UHGV virus genome: UHGV-0212008
Direction: 5' to 3' (one strand)
Length of the DNA: 36,778 bases
From: a virus
Shown: positions 18,001 to 27,075 of the stretch, piece after piece
Numbering within the stretch: the stretch's first letter is position 1
How the letters are laid out: every line of letters begins with the position of its first letter
Notes under the pieces: generated by a model
Seen by the model: the letters and a program-made list of their open reading frames with translations, nothing else
What the model was told of the DNA's origin: nothing
Databases searched by the model: none
Program-made: the position numbers and the translations under genes

Positions 18001-18286
18001 GTTCAAGGACATATCCAAGGTTGCAAGGATATTCAACGATGATGAGAACCCCTCGTACACTTATCGTGGAGGGTTCTGTGGCACATATGGCGAAGCCAGT
18101 GCATACACAGGTCCAGTACTAAGATATGGCGATGTACTCAGTGCTTTCGACAACAAGATAATCGTGAAGAGCGATGTCACCATATACTATGGAGACACTC
18201 CGCTGATTTCCATGAGAAAAGGCACTTATTATGTAAGGCTAAGCAAGTATAATAAGAAAGTAAATATAATACATATAGGAGGATGA
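15077..18286 (+). CDS. large tail/baseplate hub protein (1069 aa)
   Basis: Size and position; TLRQALTAVMSQFGCIPVV resembles hub-domain segments. Confidence 0.6.
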   Translation: MSAIDYNVIKIAFEKARFAKYECVLNVPYSDEYSETLDSMSVVIKHIDFKLDINPFDVVYIYRGVAIGGTIQHPTYTDIKWREMLVDSVSMLRKRYGNNTYYEYTLKLMSETKWLEKIQLPNRSFTHALGGELRDAYETIKDLMTYVPKVIRDNKETPLITISEAVEGRFLNHGMKDMSLSKPTLRQALTAVMSQFGCIPVVNNKQLGFIDFNRSQGNITEEQIKNMDSESYSNSSDSYVNTLMTDASQVLGDDKYLVVERGVGFRDRDTGLIKQQENLKLLTTYPIYKVKNLTINMNLSTYPTIIVKVYNIADADYFILPSSNPEGDFNPVHIYDNSTSEYVVKVYCGGHQMIDFSNWEFKILEVINPSTDGFACEGFKTSSVKIGISKPAQSQWAGGTMYTFSIPKSGMVRPDGTVAYLFIANISGEDKHIVWNTYVEDNGNDTVISGMYKEMDIGIVYRKVSVDITSLVKTAQERKLLSYDYTTNEFKNGQGNMAVYSKYYYTTVQYKLGSNEISGWSDTYTKAQGWWGENKTTIENIVNKSFYENEFLDKRYDNIFSEEDILPYPSWFYSYQYVDGNGNKHPVAVKSIFSRGWVDDMFGSYNYPSRISFDISYQPLSDLNIATVKSGFDYPLAQLDSRDNGLVDFGNFKKVEQDKLDRLGNGVHILSKRYFAKNDTIDLESELIPLGAVYVDTGEVVFKRTISFKNNYIDIAYYLCKDYVIANYSTSITTKYRAYQYVDYSSSTFRNENRISYFTISEMDNSKVDYKENDVLGVVEKYWGGVATMGDNNLDYLCSGMIFAPFLYNNNVRSMNMGYRRVKSTAYSNDNPIVSYSVFQQATNHYVYDYGLVVSFKYWDTVSPGIMLESNVRATGLPQHPYMYDDKSSIVKYAKEQDIGLMAVPNDNGWTSQAESSVEYAQIYPAIDDNEICTNSLINIAYMSFDISDIVQDQSELMGFTMQVEYRSLTNNVVVFKDISKVARIFNDDENPSYTYRGGFCGTYGEASAYTGPVLRYGDVLSAFDNKIIVKSDVTIYYGDTPLISMRKGTYYVRLSKYNKKVNIIHIGG

Positions 18287-18290
18287 ATAT

Positions 18291-18836
18291 ATGGCTAGTT
18301 ATGTTTATTATGACAAGTCTGGCATAATCCGTGAGCTGATAACAGCCGACTATCCTGCAAGGCAGGGAATGGCATATGACATATTCATGTATTTCGATGG
18401 CGTGGATTCCACACCTGGCAAATACAATGTTACTTGTAGGAAACCAGACAAGGAGACAGGACTTCTTACCACATTGTCTTGGGAAGATGCTACAGTCCCG
18501 TACTCCGCCGAGAGAAAGCTCTCGAACTTCGAGTACTATAGAACATATCATATGTTGCATATAAAGGTCTCGAGCTTGGATAAGGGCGGTCTATGGCAAT
18601 TCACACCGAACATCGATGACAAGGCAGGTGCGTTGTTCAATCTCTTCGTTGACAGCAACACGAACGAGGTTGTGGACAAGGCTTTGAGCTTTGCGGACTA
18701 TCAAAGCCTCATGGACAAGCTTACCGAGCTTGAATCCAAGATTGACAGTCTCGAGGCGGTCTCGACTGCAAGCAACGATGCACAGGCATTGGACATCACC
18801 GAGGAAAACGGAGTGGTGTCGATAAAGAGGACTTGA
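18291..18836 (+). CDS. putative baseplate upper (BppU-like) protein
   Basis: Beta-rich N-terminus with CRKPD, then short coiled coil; synteny. Confidence 0.4.
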   Translation: MASYVYYDKSGIIRELITADYPARQGMAYDIFMYFDGVDSTPGKYNVTCRKPDKETGLLTTLSWEDATVPYSAERKLSNFEYYRTYHMLHIKVSSLDKGGLWQFTPNIDDKAGALFNLFVDSNTNEVVDKALSFADYQSLMDKLTELESKIDSLEAVSTASNDAQALDITEENGVVSIKRT

Positions 18837-19099
18837 TTGATATGTGTTTGTGGAACAGACAAAAGCGTATCGACAGACTGGTGTGCGAGAGCGTGATAGT
18901 GATAGAGCAGACCTATTGCGTGTATCACAGGTCGACTTGCACACCGCACGATGCGGAAGAGGCTAAAAGTCGTTGTATGATAATCATAGACTTGGGCTTG
19001 AACAATCGAGACAGGAGATGGCTTGAGAAGCACAAGGACAAGGACTGGTTGTCTAGGCGAGTCGAGTATTGGGTTTGGAAGATAAAGAATGGGGGCTGA
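18833..19099 (+). CDS. hypothetical protein
   Basis: Fills the operon gap; Cys/His-containing; start may be ATG 18842. Confidence 0.55.
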   Translation: MIDMCLWNRQKRIDRLVCESVIVIEQTYCVYHRSTCTPHDAEEAKSRCMIIIDLGLNNRDRRWLEKHKDKDWLSRRVEYWVWKIKNGG

Positions 19100-19101
19100 G
19101 T

Positions 19102-19611
19102 ATGGACAGCATAGATGTTTATTCCAAGGGCAAGGTAGATGAGTTGATACGAGACAAGGTAGACAAGGATAGAGTCGACACGATAGAAGGATATGTCGAG
19201 AGGAACACGAACGACATAGCCGAGCTTAAAGCCGAGAAGGACAAGCTTGCTGTGATGCAAGCCGACATAGATGAGCTTAAGAGCAAGCCTGCTATGTCGG
19301 TGGTCGGCAAGGTCGCATACAAGCATAAGCTCAGTGGCGAATGCGGATATATGGGAGCTATCGAGAAGTATCCGTACGAATTGGAGTTCGATGCGGATTT
19401 CGATGGTGCGATAGCCGACATAAGCAACCTTTCGAGCATGCTCGACAGCGATGAACACATAAGGAACATACGATTCCGTGTGTTCAACGGGGCAACCGCC
19501 ACATTCGTGAATGCCACCATAATGTTGCAGAACGGATATATTATGCTTGTAGGCGACTCGATGTATGTCGTAAGTTCGGTCAATGGCGATGAGATAACAA
19601 CAAGGAGCTAG
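19102..19611 (+). CDS. putative tail-associated protein
   Basis: YSKGKVDELI fibre-type motif followed by coiled coil. Confidence 0.55.
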   Translation: MDSIDVYSKGKVDELIRDKVDKDRVDTIEGYVERNTNDIAELKAEKDKLAVMQADIDELKSKPAMSVVGKVAYKHKLSGECGYMGAIEKYPYELEFDADFDGAIADISNLSSMLDSDEHIRNIRFRVFNGATATFVNATIMLQNGYIMLVGDSMYVVSSVNGDEITTRS

Positions 19612-19619
19612 AAACTAAA

Positions 19620-21230
19620 ATGGCAAACGATGCAAACTTTTATCTCTTCAAGATACTCACGGAAGATTTGGGTGACAAGAGATACTTGAAGAAATCAGAC
19701 TATGAAAAATATACGCTTCCCATAGCCACACACACAACACTAGGTGGTATCAAGGTAGGAAGTGGCTTGAGCATAGACTCAAGCACTGGAGTGTTGACAG
19801 CGAATGTGCAGGCTTGGAGTTCCTTGACTGGCAAACCCTTCTCGAGCGTAAATTCCACAGACTTTACAACCACAAGCGGAATACTCTCGATAAACAATGC
19901 CACCTGGGCTAAGAAGTCCGATGTGTCCAACAGCTTGAGCGGATACTACACCAAAGGACAAGTAGACAATCTTGTGAGCAATTTGAAGAAGGCAACCATC
20001 ACAGTTGTTCCAACACTTCCTGCGACTGGTGAGGAGGGTATCATATATTTGGTAGGTACTTCCGCACCATATGAGCAGTATGTATGGGAGGGCAGTGCAT
20101 GGATAGACTTGGGTTCCACCGAGATAGACTTGTCGAACTATGTGAACACCACAGCCACGCTTACAGCAAATCAGATCGTGTTGGGCGATGGTACCAAGAA
20201 GGTCAAGGCAAGCGGAAAGACCATAGCAAGCTCCGTGACCAACGATGCCAACAGCGTTCCCACATCTCATGCGGTCAAGACATATGCGGATACCGAGCTA
20301 GCCAAGAAGCAGGACAAATTGACTCAAGCACAGATGAATGCGGTGAACAGTGGTATCACAGCCTCGAAGGTCGCAGCCTACGATGGATATGCGGATGGAA
20401 AGCAGGACACGCTTACCGAGGCACAACTGAACGCTGTCAATTCTGGCATCACTGGTGCCAAGGTTGCTAAGTACGATGCATATGCGACAAATAAGCAAAA
20501 TATATTGAACACCAATGGAAGTGCGGTACATATTAATGATGAGGATTCAGTATTTCTCAGCTCAAAACTTACTGGAATGTCCAACATTACTATTGTGAAT
20601 TGTCAACCCCTAGGTACTACAGGAGATTTCACAGGATTTATCACAAATACTTTGATTGTGCCTAGCTCCGAAGATGGGCAAACAATGTTGGATATTTATG
20701 CAGGAGAGGGAATAACAATCAGTGCTGATACATTGGCTACCAGTGTCGAAAATGCCTTCAATGTTTGGATAAATCAATGGCTAGATGCTCAAAGCACACA
20801 AGGCGCTTATATAACAGCTATAGCTGAAGCGACAATGGGTTGGCATGGATTCCACTTTCCTCAATTCATAAACTGGCAAGACTGGAGAATAAGATACAAT
20901 ACAACTACATTGTCTAATGGTAACACTGGCAGTGGCATCGTGTTCAGACTTAGTTCCGCCAATGTCAAGACCGATGAAAGCGGAAAGGTATCCTATCAAG
21001 CCGAAATCAACCTATTCGATATTTTGGAAGGCGAATATGACACGGAGCAATTGTGCATAAATGCCATAGCCAATTTCTTGGCACACGAGACAGGCGATAC
21101 TGTCGACAATGCCAAGCTCTATGCGAAATCGGCATATTTGAAGATAAGACTGTCATTCACATATCAATACGATGCACACGATATAATCAATGTGAAGCTC
21201 AATTCCAGCTTATATGTAATGCCAGATTAA
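19620..21230 (+). CDS. tail fibre / receptor-binding protein
   Basis: YTLPIATHTTLGGIKVGSGLSI, YYTKGQVD, LPATGEEGIIYLV...YEQYVW, DLSNYV and KQDKLT fibre motifs; 31-aa repeats. Confidence 0.8.
   Translation: MANDANFYLFKILTEDLGDKRYLKKSDYEKYTLPIATHTTLGGIKVGSGLSIDSSTGVLTANVQAWSSLTGKPFSSVNSTDFTTTSGILSINNATWAKKSDVSNSLSGYYTKGQVDNLVSNLKKATITVVPTLPATGEEGIIYLVGTSAPYEQYVWEGSAWIDLGSTEIDLSNYVNTTATLTANQIVLGDGTKKVKASGKTIASSVTNDANSVPTSHAVKTYADTELAKKQDKLTQAQMNAVNSGITASKVAAYDGYADGKQDTLTEAQLNAVNSGITGAKVAKYDAYATNKQNILNTNGSAVHINDEDSVFLSSKLTGMSNITIVNCQPLGTTGDFTGFITNTLIVPSSEDGQTMLDIYAGEGITISADTLATSVENAFNVWINQWLDAQSTQGAYITAIAEATMGWHGFHFPQFINWQDWRIRYNTTTLSNGNTGSGIVFRLSSANVKTDESGKVSYQAEINLFDILEGEYDTEQLCINAIANFLAHETGDTVDNAKLYAKSAYLKIRLSFTYQYDAHDIINVKLNSSLYVMPD
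20307..20498 (+). repeat. 93-bp (31-aa) tandem repeat in tail fibre
   Basis: KQDKLTQAQMNAVNSGITASKVAAYDGYADG / KQDTLTEAQLNAVNSGITGAKVAKYDAYATN / KQ; starts at 20307, 20400, 20493. Confidence 0.9.
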
Positions 21231-21273
21231 GTTTTAGTCTTATAATAATATATGGGAGGTTAGATAACCGACT

Positions 21274-21705
21274 ATGAGCTACAGAGACTGGTCTTATGTC
21301 GCTTATGCTGTAATTTGTATCTTGGCTGTCACCGCTTCCGTGATTATCAAGATTTGCGAGAGCAAGTTTGGTAAGGAAAAGGTTGCGGAGACTCTTACCG
21401 AGGCTGACAAGTATAGAAAAGCCATCACCGAGGCAATCACTTCCGCCGAGGAGATGTTCCCTGGTGTTGGCACTGGAAAGCAGAAGAAGGTAGTTGCCAC
21501 TCTTGCTGTTTCCAATGCTGTCAACGCTCTTAAGAACTACAAACCTACAGCTGAGCAAATCTCGAGCGATATCGATACTGCGGTTGCGATTACCAAGGAG
21601 GTAAACACTGGCTATGCCAGCAACTCCAAAAGTGTTGCAAGGATTGCTGAGGTCAAGCTTGAGACAGCTAACGATGCAGATCCTAAAAATGCATCCTTGA
21701 AATAA
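21274..21705 (+). CDS. holin, LL-H-like
   Basis: Single N-terminal TM helix, AITSAEEMFPGVGTGKQKK and IDTAV motifs. Confidence 0.7.
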   Translation: MSYRDWSYVAYAVICILAVTASVIIKICESKFGKEKVAETLTEADKYRKAITEAITSAEEMFPGVGTGKQKKVVATLAVSNAVNALKNYKPTAEQISSDIDTAVAITKEVNTGYASNSKSVARIAEVKLETANDADPKNASLK

Positions 21706-21728
21706 GCAAGGTTGCGTGATTGGGGAAA

Positions 21729-21752
21729 GGAGGGCTAAAAGCCCTCTTTTTT
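21729..21752 (+). terminator. probable intrinsic terminator
   Basis: AGGGCT-aaa-AGCCCT followed by T run. Confidence 0.6.
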
Positions 21753-21788
21753 GGTTTATAATAGGTAATATTGGGAGGACATAGGAAG

Positions 21789-23000
21789 ATGGCAAACTCA
21801 GCCAAATACAATGCATACAAGATACCTGCGGAAAATGAACTCGATGACAAGTATGTCGATTTCTCATCGGCACAAAGTATCACAGGAACAAAGACATTCA
21901 ATACGATAAAGGCGACTACGCTGTACATAGACGACTGTTTATCGTGGCATATCAGCAACTACACCAATCACGGAAAGGCTTGGGAGTTGCTTGCACCTGA
22001 CAATCAAGACTATTCCATACAACTTGGTGATTGTGGATTCACAGTGGATACCAGAGAAGACTACAATATGTTCCAAGTCGATAATGCTGGAGTGCATATA
22101 GGAAGAGGCAGACTTGATGACACTGATTATCCTGTGGACAATATAGTCAATTCCATAGATTCAAGCTCGACCGACAAGCAACTTGCTACAGCCAAGGCTA
22201 TATTCTCGCTTTTGCAATCCGCAGGAGGCGATTTCAAGAAGTTCAATTTTATTCAATCCAAGCCTACGGATGCCGAGAACAGAAGGTCTGGATATTACAT
22301 AGTTGATAGTGCGGTTGCCAAATTCGGACTTCCATCGGATGCATACCAATGGGGAACCATTGTCCAATATTACAATGATAGTACTGCCACAGCCACAAGC
22401 GGTGGAGACAACAAAAGCTTTGCCCAGATGTATTTTCCCGACAATCAAAATTATTTCTATGTCCGTTCGTTCTTCGGAAACGAGAATGCCTGGCTTTCAA
22501 AATGGAATGTATCCAACGGAGCTACGGGAAACATCACTTGGGGTTGGCACAAGATAAGTGCAAGCTCCAATGAAATCAATATGGGCAGTGCCTTGCCATT
22601 CTCAAATAGCACAACGGGTACGATGTACATACCTGCTGGGTTCAGCTCGATCGACATTTTGCACCATCTCAAGATAATGCAGGGACCAGGATACGATATG
22701 ACACCAAGCTCAAACTCCACTAGGAGTTCCTATATCCAGATAGGAAACATACTGATATGCTGGGGTATATGTCATCCTGACTCGGTGGGAAACGACACGA
22801 CCACAACAGTATCGTTCCCCAAATCGTTCTACTGGTATCCGACCGTGGTTATGCAGAACACGAACAAGATGAATTCAATCGAGTACAGAAATAACCAGGT
22901 ACTCACAGGTGTGAATGGGAGCAGTTTCTCATACTACAATTCGGCAAATGAGATAAGCAGCATATTGTGGATAGCAATAGGAAAGGCACAAAGCTTCTAA
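21789..23000 (+). CDS. second tail fibre / receptor-binding protein
   Basis: AQSITGTKTF, SGYY...LP..AYQWG...Q.YF...YVR pattern, C-terminal GNILICWG...VSFPKSF...WIAIG (gp53-like) domain. Confidence 0.8.
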   Translation: MANSAKYNAYKIPAENELDDKYVDFSSAQSITGTKTFNTIKATTLYIDDCLSWHISNYTNHGKAWELLAPDNQDYSIQLGDCGFTVDTREDYNMFQVDNAGVHIGRGRLDDTDYPVDNIVNSIDSSSTDKQLATAKAIFSLLQSAGGDFKKFNFIQSKPTDAENRRSGYYIVDSAVAKFGLPSDAYQWGTIVQYYNDSTATATSGGDNKSFAQMYFPDNQNYFYVRSFFGNENAWLSKWNVSNGATGNITWGWHKISASSNEINMGSALPFSNSTTGTMYIPAGFSSIDILHHLKIMQGPGYDMTPSSNSTRSSYIQIGNILICWGICHPDSVGNDTTTTVSFPKSFYWYPTVVMQNTNKMNSIEYRNNQVLTGVNGSSFSYYNSANEISSILWIAIGKAQSF

Positions 23001-23004
23001 AATT

Positions 23005-23439
23005 ATGGAAACAAAAAACTTTTATTTCAGGAAGGACACGGGCAAGCTCGAAATAACTCCGTTCTACGATGATTTTGCCGAGAAACCATCCAAGGATAAA
23101 TCGAAATACAACATAGCCATTCTCACATATGATGAGTGGATGAAGTGTTCCGTTTGCGAGTATGGGAAGATGTGGAGGTACGATATCAAGACACACGAGA
23201 CAACATATGAGGACGATCTGGAGCTTCAAGCCACCGATGAATACAAGTCCTATGTCAGAAAGAACAAAATATCCGAGGACAAGAAATATCTTTCCGACAC
23301 GGACTATGTTATAGCCAAACTGAACGAATTGAAGCTCGAGGATGACTCAAGCTACGAGACCGAGAAGGCAAGGTATCAAGATGTCTTGGACAAGCGTAAG
23401 CAATGTAGGAACGAGATAAACGAGCTTGAGAAAGAATGA
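23005..23439 (+). CDS. putative tail fibre assembly/chaperone protein
   Basis: LSDTDYVIAKL...KRKQCRNEINELE C-terminus typical of genes following fibres. Confidence 0.6.
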   Translation: METKNFYFRKDTGKLEITPFYDDFAEKPSKDKSKYNIAILTYDEWMKCSVCEYGKMWRYDIKTHETTYEDDLELQATDEYKSYVRKNKISEDKKYLSDTDYVIAKLNELKLEDDSSYETEKARYQDVLDKRKQCRNEINELEKE

Positions 23440-23606
23440 GGCTTTTCCTTATGTTGAAATTCATAAAAGTATGCATATCCATAATATCGGCAATAGTATC
23501 AATAGTCGTGATACTGGCTATCATCTTGGCTTGCTGGTATGGTTGGAACTGGGCTAGCAAGTACTTGTTGCCAGCCACCCAGACAGTATTGCATCTAATC
23601 CGCTGA
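23436..23606 (+). CDS. small membrane protein (56 aa)
   Basis: ATGA overlap; long hydrophobic run VCISIISAIVSIVVILAIILACWYGW; not in ORF track. Confidence 0.6.
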   Translation: MRLFLMLKFIKVCISIISAIVSIVVILAIILACWYGWNWASKYLLPATQTVLHLIR

Positions 23607-23622
23607 AAATGCGGATTTTTTA
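23598..23622 (+). terminator. intrinsic terminator ending the late module
   Basis: AATCCGC-tgaaaat-GCGGATT followed by T run. Confidence 0.75.
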
Positions 23623-23625
23623 TTT

Positions 23626-23668
23626 TTTTATAAAATCGTGTTGATTTATTTTATAAAAAATGTATAAT
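23626..23668 (+). promoter_or_regulatory. sigma-A-like promoter with twin TTTTATAAAA boxes
   Basis: TTGATT(23641)-16-TATAAT(23663); boxes at 23626 and 23649. Confidence 0.75.
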
Positions 23669-23695
23669 CTAAATCGTGGAAAGGACACAAGAGAA

Positions 23696-24082
23696 ATGAC
23701 AAACAAGGAGAAGAGAGAAAAAGTAGTAGATGAGCTGATTAGAAGGAAGAAAGTCATCGAGAATCATATGGATATGGTTTTCAAGCCTAGTGAATTCCAT
23801 ATTGCGAAGTTCGGATACTGTGTGGATATGATTTCATTCATAGAGCAGACATTGTGCAACATAGGAATGAACGATGGATACGATTATTCGATTCCTAAGC
23901 TTTATATTATGTCGGTAGGAGAAAGTCATATGAAATCTTGCAAGACTTGTCAAAAGGAAGGCGAGATTGTCCATCACGGATGCGACAAGTTCTATGCTTT
24001 CATTGCAAAAGTCATCGAGGATATCAACAGCAATATCTATCCAGACAACTATTACAATGTAATCAATACTGATTGGAGGTAA
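23696..24082 (+). CDS. hypothetical protein
   Basis: First gene after the promoter; AAAGGA RBS; CKTC motif. Confidence 0.7.
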   Translation: MTNKEKREKVVDELIRRKKVIENHMDMVFKPSEFHIAKFGYCVDMISFIEQTLCNIGMNDGYDYSIPKLYIMSVGESHMKSCKTCQKEGEIVHHGCDKFYAFIAKVIEDINSNIYPDNYYNVINTDWR

Positions 24083-24087
24083 AGAAA

Positions 24088-24435
24088 ATGAAAGCAAGAG
24101 TAACAAGTCTTAATAAAGACAAAGGATATATGGAGATAGACCTTATCAACAGCAATAATGTTGCGTGCCTACATACGCAGGTATGTTGCAGAACACCTGT
24201 GGACATAAGGATATATTACATATCAGCGAGCAACTGCTGTTACTATGATTTGAAAAAGCAAAGATGTGTCTTCGTTAAAAACATTGGAAAAGTCATAGGC
24301 AAGGCATGCTTGATACTCGGGTATGATGAAAGCGAGATTGAATCCATTGTATTCAACAGAAGCGAGCATAAGCTTGAATATGCATCAATAACATTTAGAA
24401 AGGACAAGGGAAATGGAGCAGACATTGACAAGTAG
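24088..24435 (+). CDS. hypothetical protein
   Basis: GGAGGT RBS; operon packing. Confidence 0.7.
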   Translation: MKARVTSLNKDKGYMEIDLINSNNVACLHTQVCCRTPVDIRIYYISASNCCYYDLKKQRCVFVKNIGKVIGKACLILGYDESEIESIVFNRSEHKLEYASITFRKDKGNGADIDK

Positions 24436-24832
24436 GAAGAAAGACTATTTCGGTAATCCTATATTTAGATTCACAAATAGGAACAAGCAGGGCAAGACAA
24501 TAAGGACAGCGTGTGTCGCTTCCAAGATGTTCCAAGGCTATGGGGGAAACATCGATGTGTGCATATACACGAGAAGCAATCTGAAGGAATACGAGCTTGT
24601 GGAGATAGCGTTGGAGAACGCTATGACCACTGTGGAGGCATTGGGATACAAGGGGTTCGGAGTCCAAAATGTGAATGTCTCATACGATGAGACAGGCTAT
24701 CCAAGACTCGTGAAAATCATATACACTGGCATATTGGGCGACTTTGCAAAGGACACATACGCACACCAGAGTGCTAGCGAGAACGACACCATATCGGAGG
24801 TTATCGAAGATGAGAAGAAACAGCAGGCTTGA
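24413..24832 (+). CDS. hypothetical protein
   Basis: Operon packing; genome-typical codon use. Confidence 0.7.
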   Translation: MEQTLTSRKKDYFGNPIFRFTNRNKQGKTIRTACVASKMFQGYGGNIDVCIYTRSNLKEYELVEIALENAMTTVEALGYKGFGVQNVNVSYDETGYPRLVKIIYTGILGDFAKDTYAHQSASENDTISEVIEDEKKQQA

Positions 24833-25028
24833 TGAGGTTATCCCCACATTCGAAAGCAAGGGATTCATCAGCTTGCTTTGCGAGGGAAACGCTATGTTCG
24901 ATGGGAATGCGTTCCAGCTGTCAAGTAGCAAGATAAAGCCTTACTATAACTGGATAGTCAAATCCGTGAAGAAGAATATGTTTCCTACGAACTGCGTGTA
25001 TTATGTAAACTTGAAAAGAAAGGATTAA
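24810..25028 (+). CDS. hypothetical protein
   Basis: GGAGGT RBS before ATG 24810. Confidence 0.6.
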   Translation: MRRNSRLDEVIPTFESKGFISLLCEGNAMFDGNAFQLSSSKIKPYYNWIVKSVKKNMFPTNCVYYVNLKRKD

Positions 25029-25033
25029 GGAAA

Positions 25034-25405
25034 ATGGTAAAAATTACAGATTTAATAGAATTGGATTTGAGCGGTGATAATGTGATTGTCGATGATTCGA
25101 ATTTCTTTGTTGGTGAAAATTGTGTAACTGTAGCTTTATTCAAGAATATGGGAGATGGAGAGGGATGGAAGAAGTTCTACGAGCAAACATTTGAGGGAAT
25201 GCATGATTTCTGTGCAGGCATAACAGGTATATTGACCTCATTGAAGTTTATCAATTTCAAAATGGTTGGATATGCGGTCTTGCACGATTCAATTAAGATT
25301 CTTGACTTGGAGAATTCTACAATAAAAGCCAAAATCCGCTTGGTGATAAACGGATTCAAACCCGACTTGAATGACTTGAAAGACATATACAATGAGGCTG
25401 TCTAA
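25034..25405 (+). CDS. hypothetical protein
   Basis: AAGGA RBS; operon packing. Confidence 0.7.
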   Translation: MVKITDLIELDLSGDNVIVDDSNFFVGENCVTVALFKNMGDGEGWKKFYEQTFEGMHDFCAGITGILTSLKFINFKMVGYAVLHDSIKILDLENSTIKAKIRLVINGFKPDLNDLKDIYNEAV

Positions 25406-25406
25406 T

Positions 25407-25592
25407 ATGGGATTGCAATATCAATTGGCTGATTGCTACATTGTCAAGTACACGGACAACGAAGGACTCGTGCATACAGTTCCGTACTTGTACAAGAAGC
25501 AAGCTGAGCAATACAGAGATGCGATGAGATGCGTATATGGAAATGCCGAGATAGTGCTTGAGAAGACTTTCAAGTCCACCAAGGAATACTAG
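25407..25592 (+). CDS. hypothetical protein
   Basis: GAGG RBS before ATG 25407. Confidence 0.6.
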   Translation: MGLQYQLADCYIVKYTDNEGLVHTVPYLYKKQAEQYRDAMRCVYGNAEIVLEKTFKSTKEY

Positions 25593-25616
25593 GAAAGGGG
25601 AGGAGGAAAATACACT

Positions 25617-25712
25617 ATGGATAACACGAGAATGATATTCGTATTCTACCTTGTGGCAGTGTTCGGACTGCTCGTGCTTGTAGTGTATTTCATAAACAAC
25701 AGAAAGCGATGA
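25617..25712 (+). CDS. small membrane protein (31 aa)
   Basis: GGAGGAGG RBS; MDNTRMIFVFYLVAVFGLLVLVVYFINNRKR; ATGA overlap with next gene. Confidence 0.65.
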   Translation: MDNTRMIFVFYLVAVFGLLVLVVYFINNRKR

Positions 25713-26032
25713 AAGTATATTTGAAGCAATACGAGGTCAAGATTTACGGAGATGAGTTCGAGAAGGTGTACAAAGACCACATATATTTCGACAGTGCGAA
25801 GAAGGCGATAGATTATATGAAACACTTTGTGAAATACCACAGATTCAACAATCTTACACTCACGCTGAACGAGTACAGATCCACGCTCGAGAGAGTGGTT
25901 CATCTTGGTGGTATGGACAAGGATTTGACTCAAATGGATTTGAGTATGACAATGGGATTCAGCAAGGTGAATCACAACAGCCTTCTTGTGCGATATGACC
26001 AAAGGAAAGGGGAAATGGAGATAATCAAATGA
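25709..26032 (+). CDS. hypothetical protein
   Basis: ATGA overlaps at both ends. Confidence 0.7.
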   Translation: MKVYLKQYEVKIYGDEFEKVYKDHIYFDSAKKAIDYMKHFVKYHRFNNLTLTLNEYRSTLERVVHLGGMDKDLTQMDLSMTMGFSKVNHNSLLVRYDQRKGEMEIIK

Positions 26033-26361
26033 GCAAGTTTGCAGAGATAAGCGATGAGATAGATAAAAGAATGGGTGTCAAGGATAGAGATTTGGAAGAC
26101 TACGAGAATTACATAGAGATTAGGGAAAAGCTCGACAACGGCAAATCCAAGGTGATTTGGGAGCATTCCGAGAACGCAGGAGAGACAGCCGATTTGGATT
26201 ATGAGGATGAGCTATACTGGGTAAGTATGCAACTCGAGAAATACGAGAATGAGACAGGGAAGGCAGTCGAGATTGTCGAAAAGAAGAACTGGACTTGGGT
26301 AGTCGAAATCGATGGGAAGACCTGCCTTGTGCTATGGACTTGGAGGGATGACCGCATATGA
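26029..26361 (+). CDS. hypothetical acidic protein
   Basis: ATGA overlaps at both ends. Confidence 0.7.
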   Translation: MSKFAEISDEIDKRMGVKDRDLEDYENYIEIREKLDNGKSKVIWEHSENAGETADLDYEDELYWVSMQLEKYENETGKAVEIVEKKNWTWVVEIDGKTCLVLWTWRDDRI

Positions 26362-26675
26362 GGATGTGCTATGTCGATTATGTGGAGAGCGACATACACG
26401 ATGACACGGAGGAATTCAGCATAGTCGAGACTCATAGGTCATCCGTGTATCTTGGGCTTAACAACAGCTTGAACACATTCTACAGATACAAGAAGGAGCT
26501 TGTGGAGCGTATCACGAAGAGGCGATATGCCGAGCCTAGAGCAACGCTTAATTCATTGTCATACATCTACAAAACAAGCGACTTTGGGGCAGTGCTGTTC
26601 AGATACAAATTGTTGGATTCGATAAACAAGAAGCAATACGAGATTATAATAAGGAAGGAGGACAAGACAAAATGA
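26358..26675 (+). CDS. hypothetical protein
   Basis: ATGA overlaps at both ends. Confidence 0.7.
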   Translation: MRMCYVDYVESDIHDDTEEFSIVETHRSSVYLGLNNSLNTFYRYKKELVERITKRRYAEPRATLNSLSYIYKTSDFGAVLFRYKLLDSINKKQYEIIIRKEDKTK

Positions 26676-27073
26676 GGCATTATGAAGTTGTGGAGACTAT
26701 CTACAAACGATTTGATACAACGGACAAGGTGCTGTTCAAGATGACAAGAAGATTCCAATACATCTATGATTTGAACAGCTTGGAGAAAGCTGACGATATC
26801 TATGTGCAGATCATCAGCAATTTCAAAGAGATAGCAAAGAAACAAAATGGCGTGATAAATGAGTATCCTGTGAATAGTCGAGAGGGTGATTTGTTGAAAA
26901 AGCTTAGGGCAGACAAGATGGCGGAAATGATATCTGACAATGTCCGCTATGTCGTGATATTGAGTACAGTTGATGACAAGATAGACACAATCGAGTTGTG
27001 CGACAAACCAGGAAGAAAGCCAATCGAGACCAAACCTGAAAAGGTTAAAATAAACAAACAGAGGAGGATTTAG
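26672..27073 (+). CDS. hypothetical protein
   Basis: GGAGG RBS; ATGA overlap. Confidence 0.7.
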   Translation: MRHYEVVETIYKRFDTTDKVLFKMTRRFQYIYDLNSLEKADDIYVQIISNFKEIAKKQNGVINEYPVNSREGDLLKKLRADKMAEMISDNVRYVVILSTVDDKIDTIELCDKPGRKPIETKPEKVKINKQRRI

Positions 27074-27075
27074 AT

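Noticed and set aside
19620..23000. Diversity-generating retroelement or invertible fibre cassette
   Set aside because: No reverse transcriptase, invertase, template/variable repeat pair or flanking inverted sites seen
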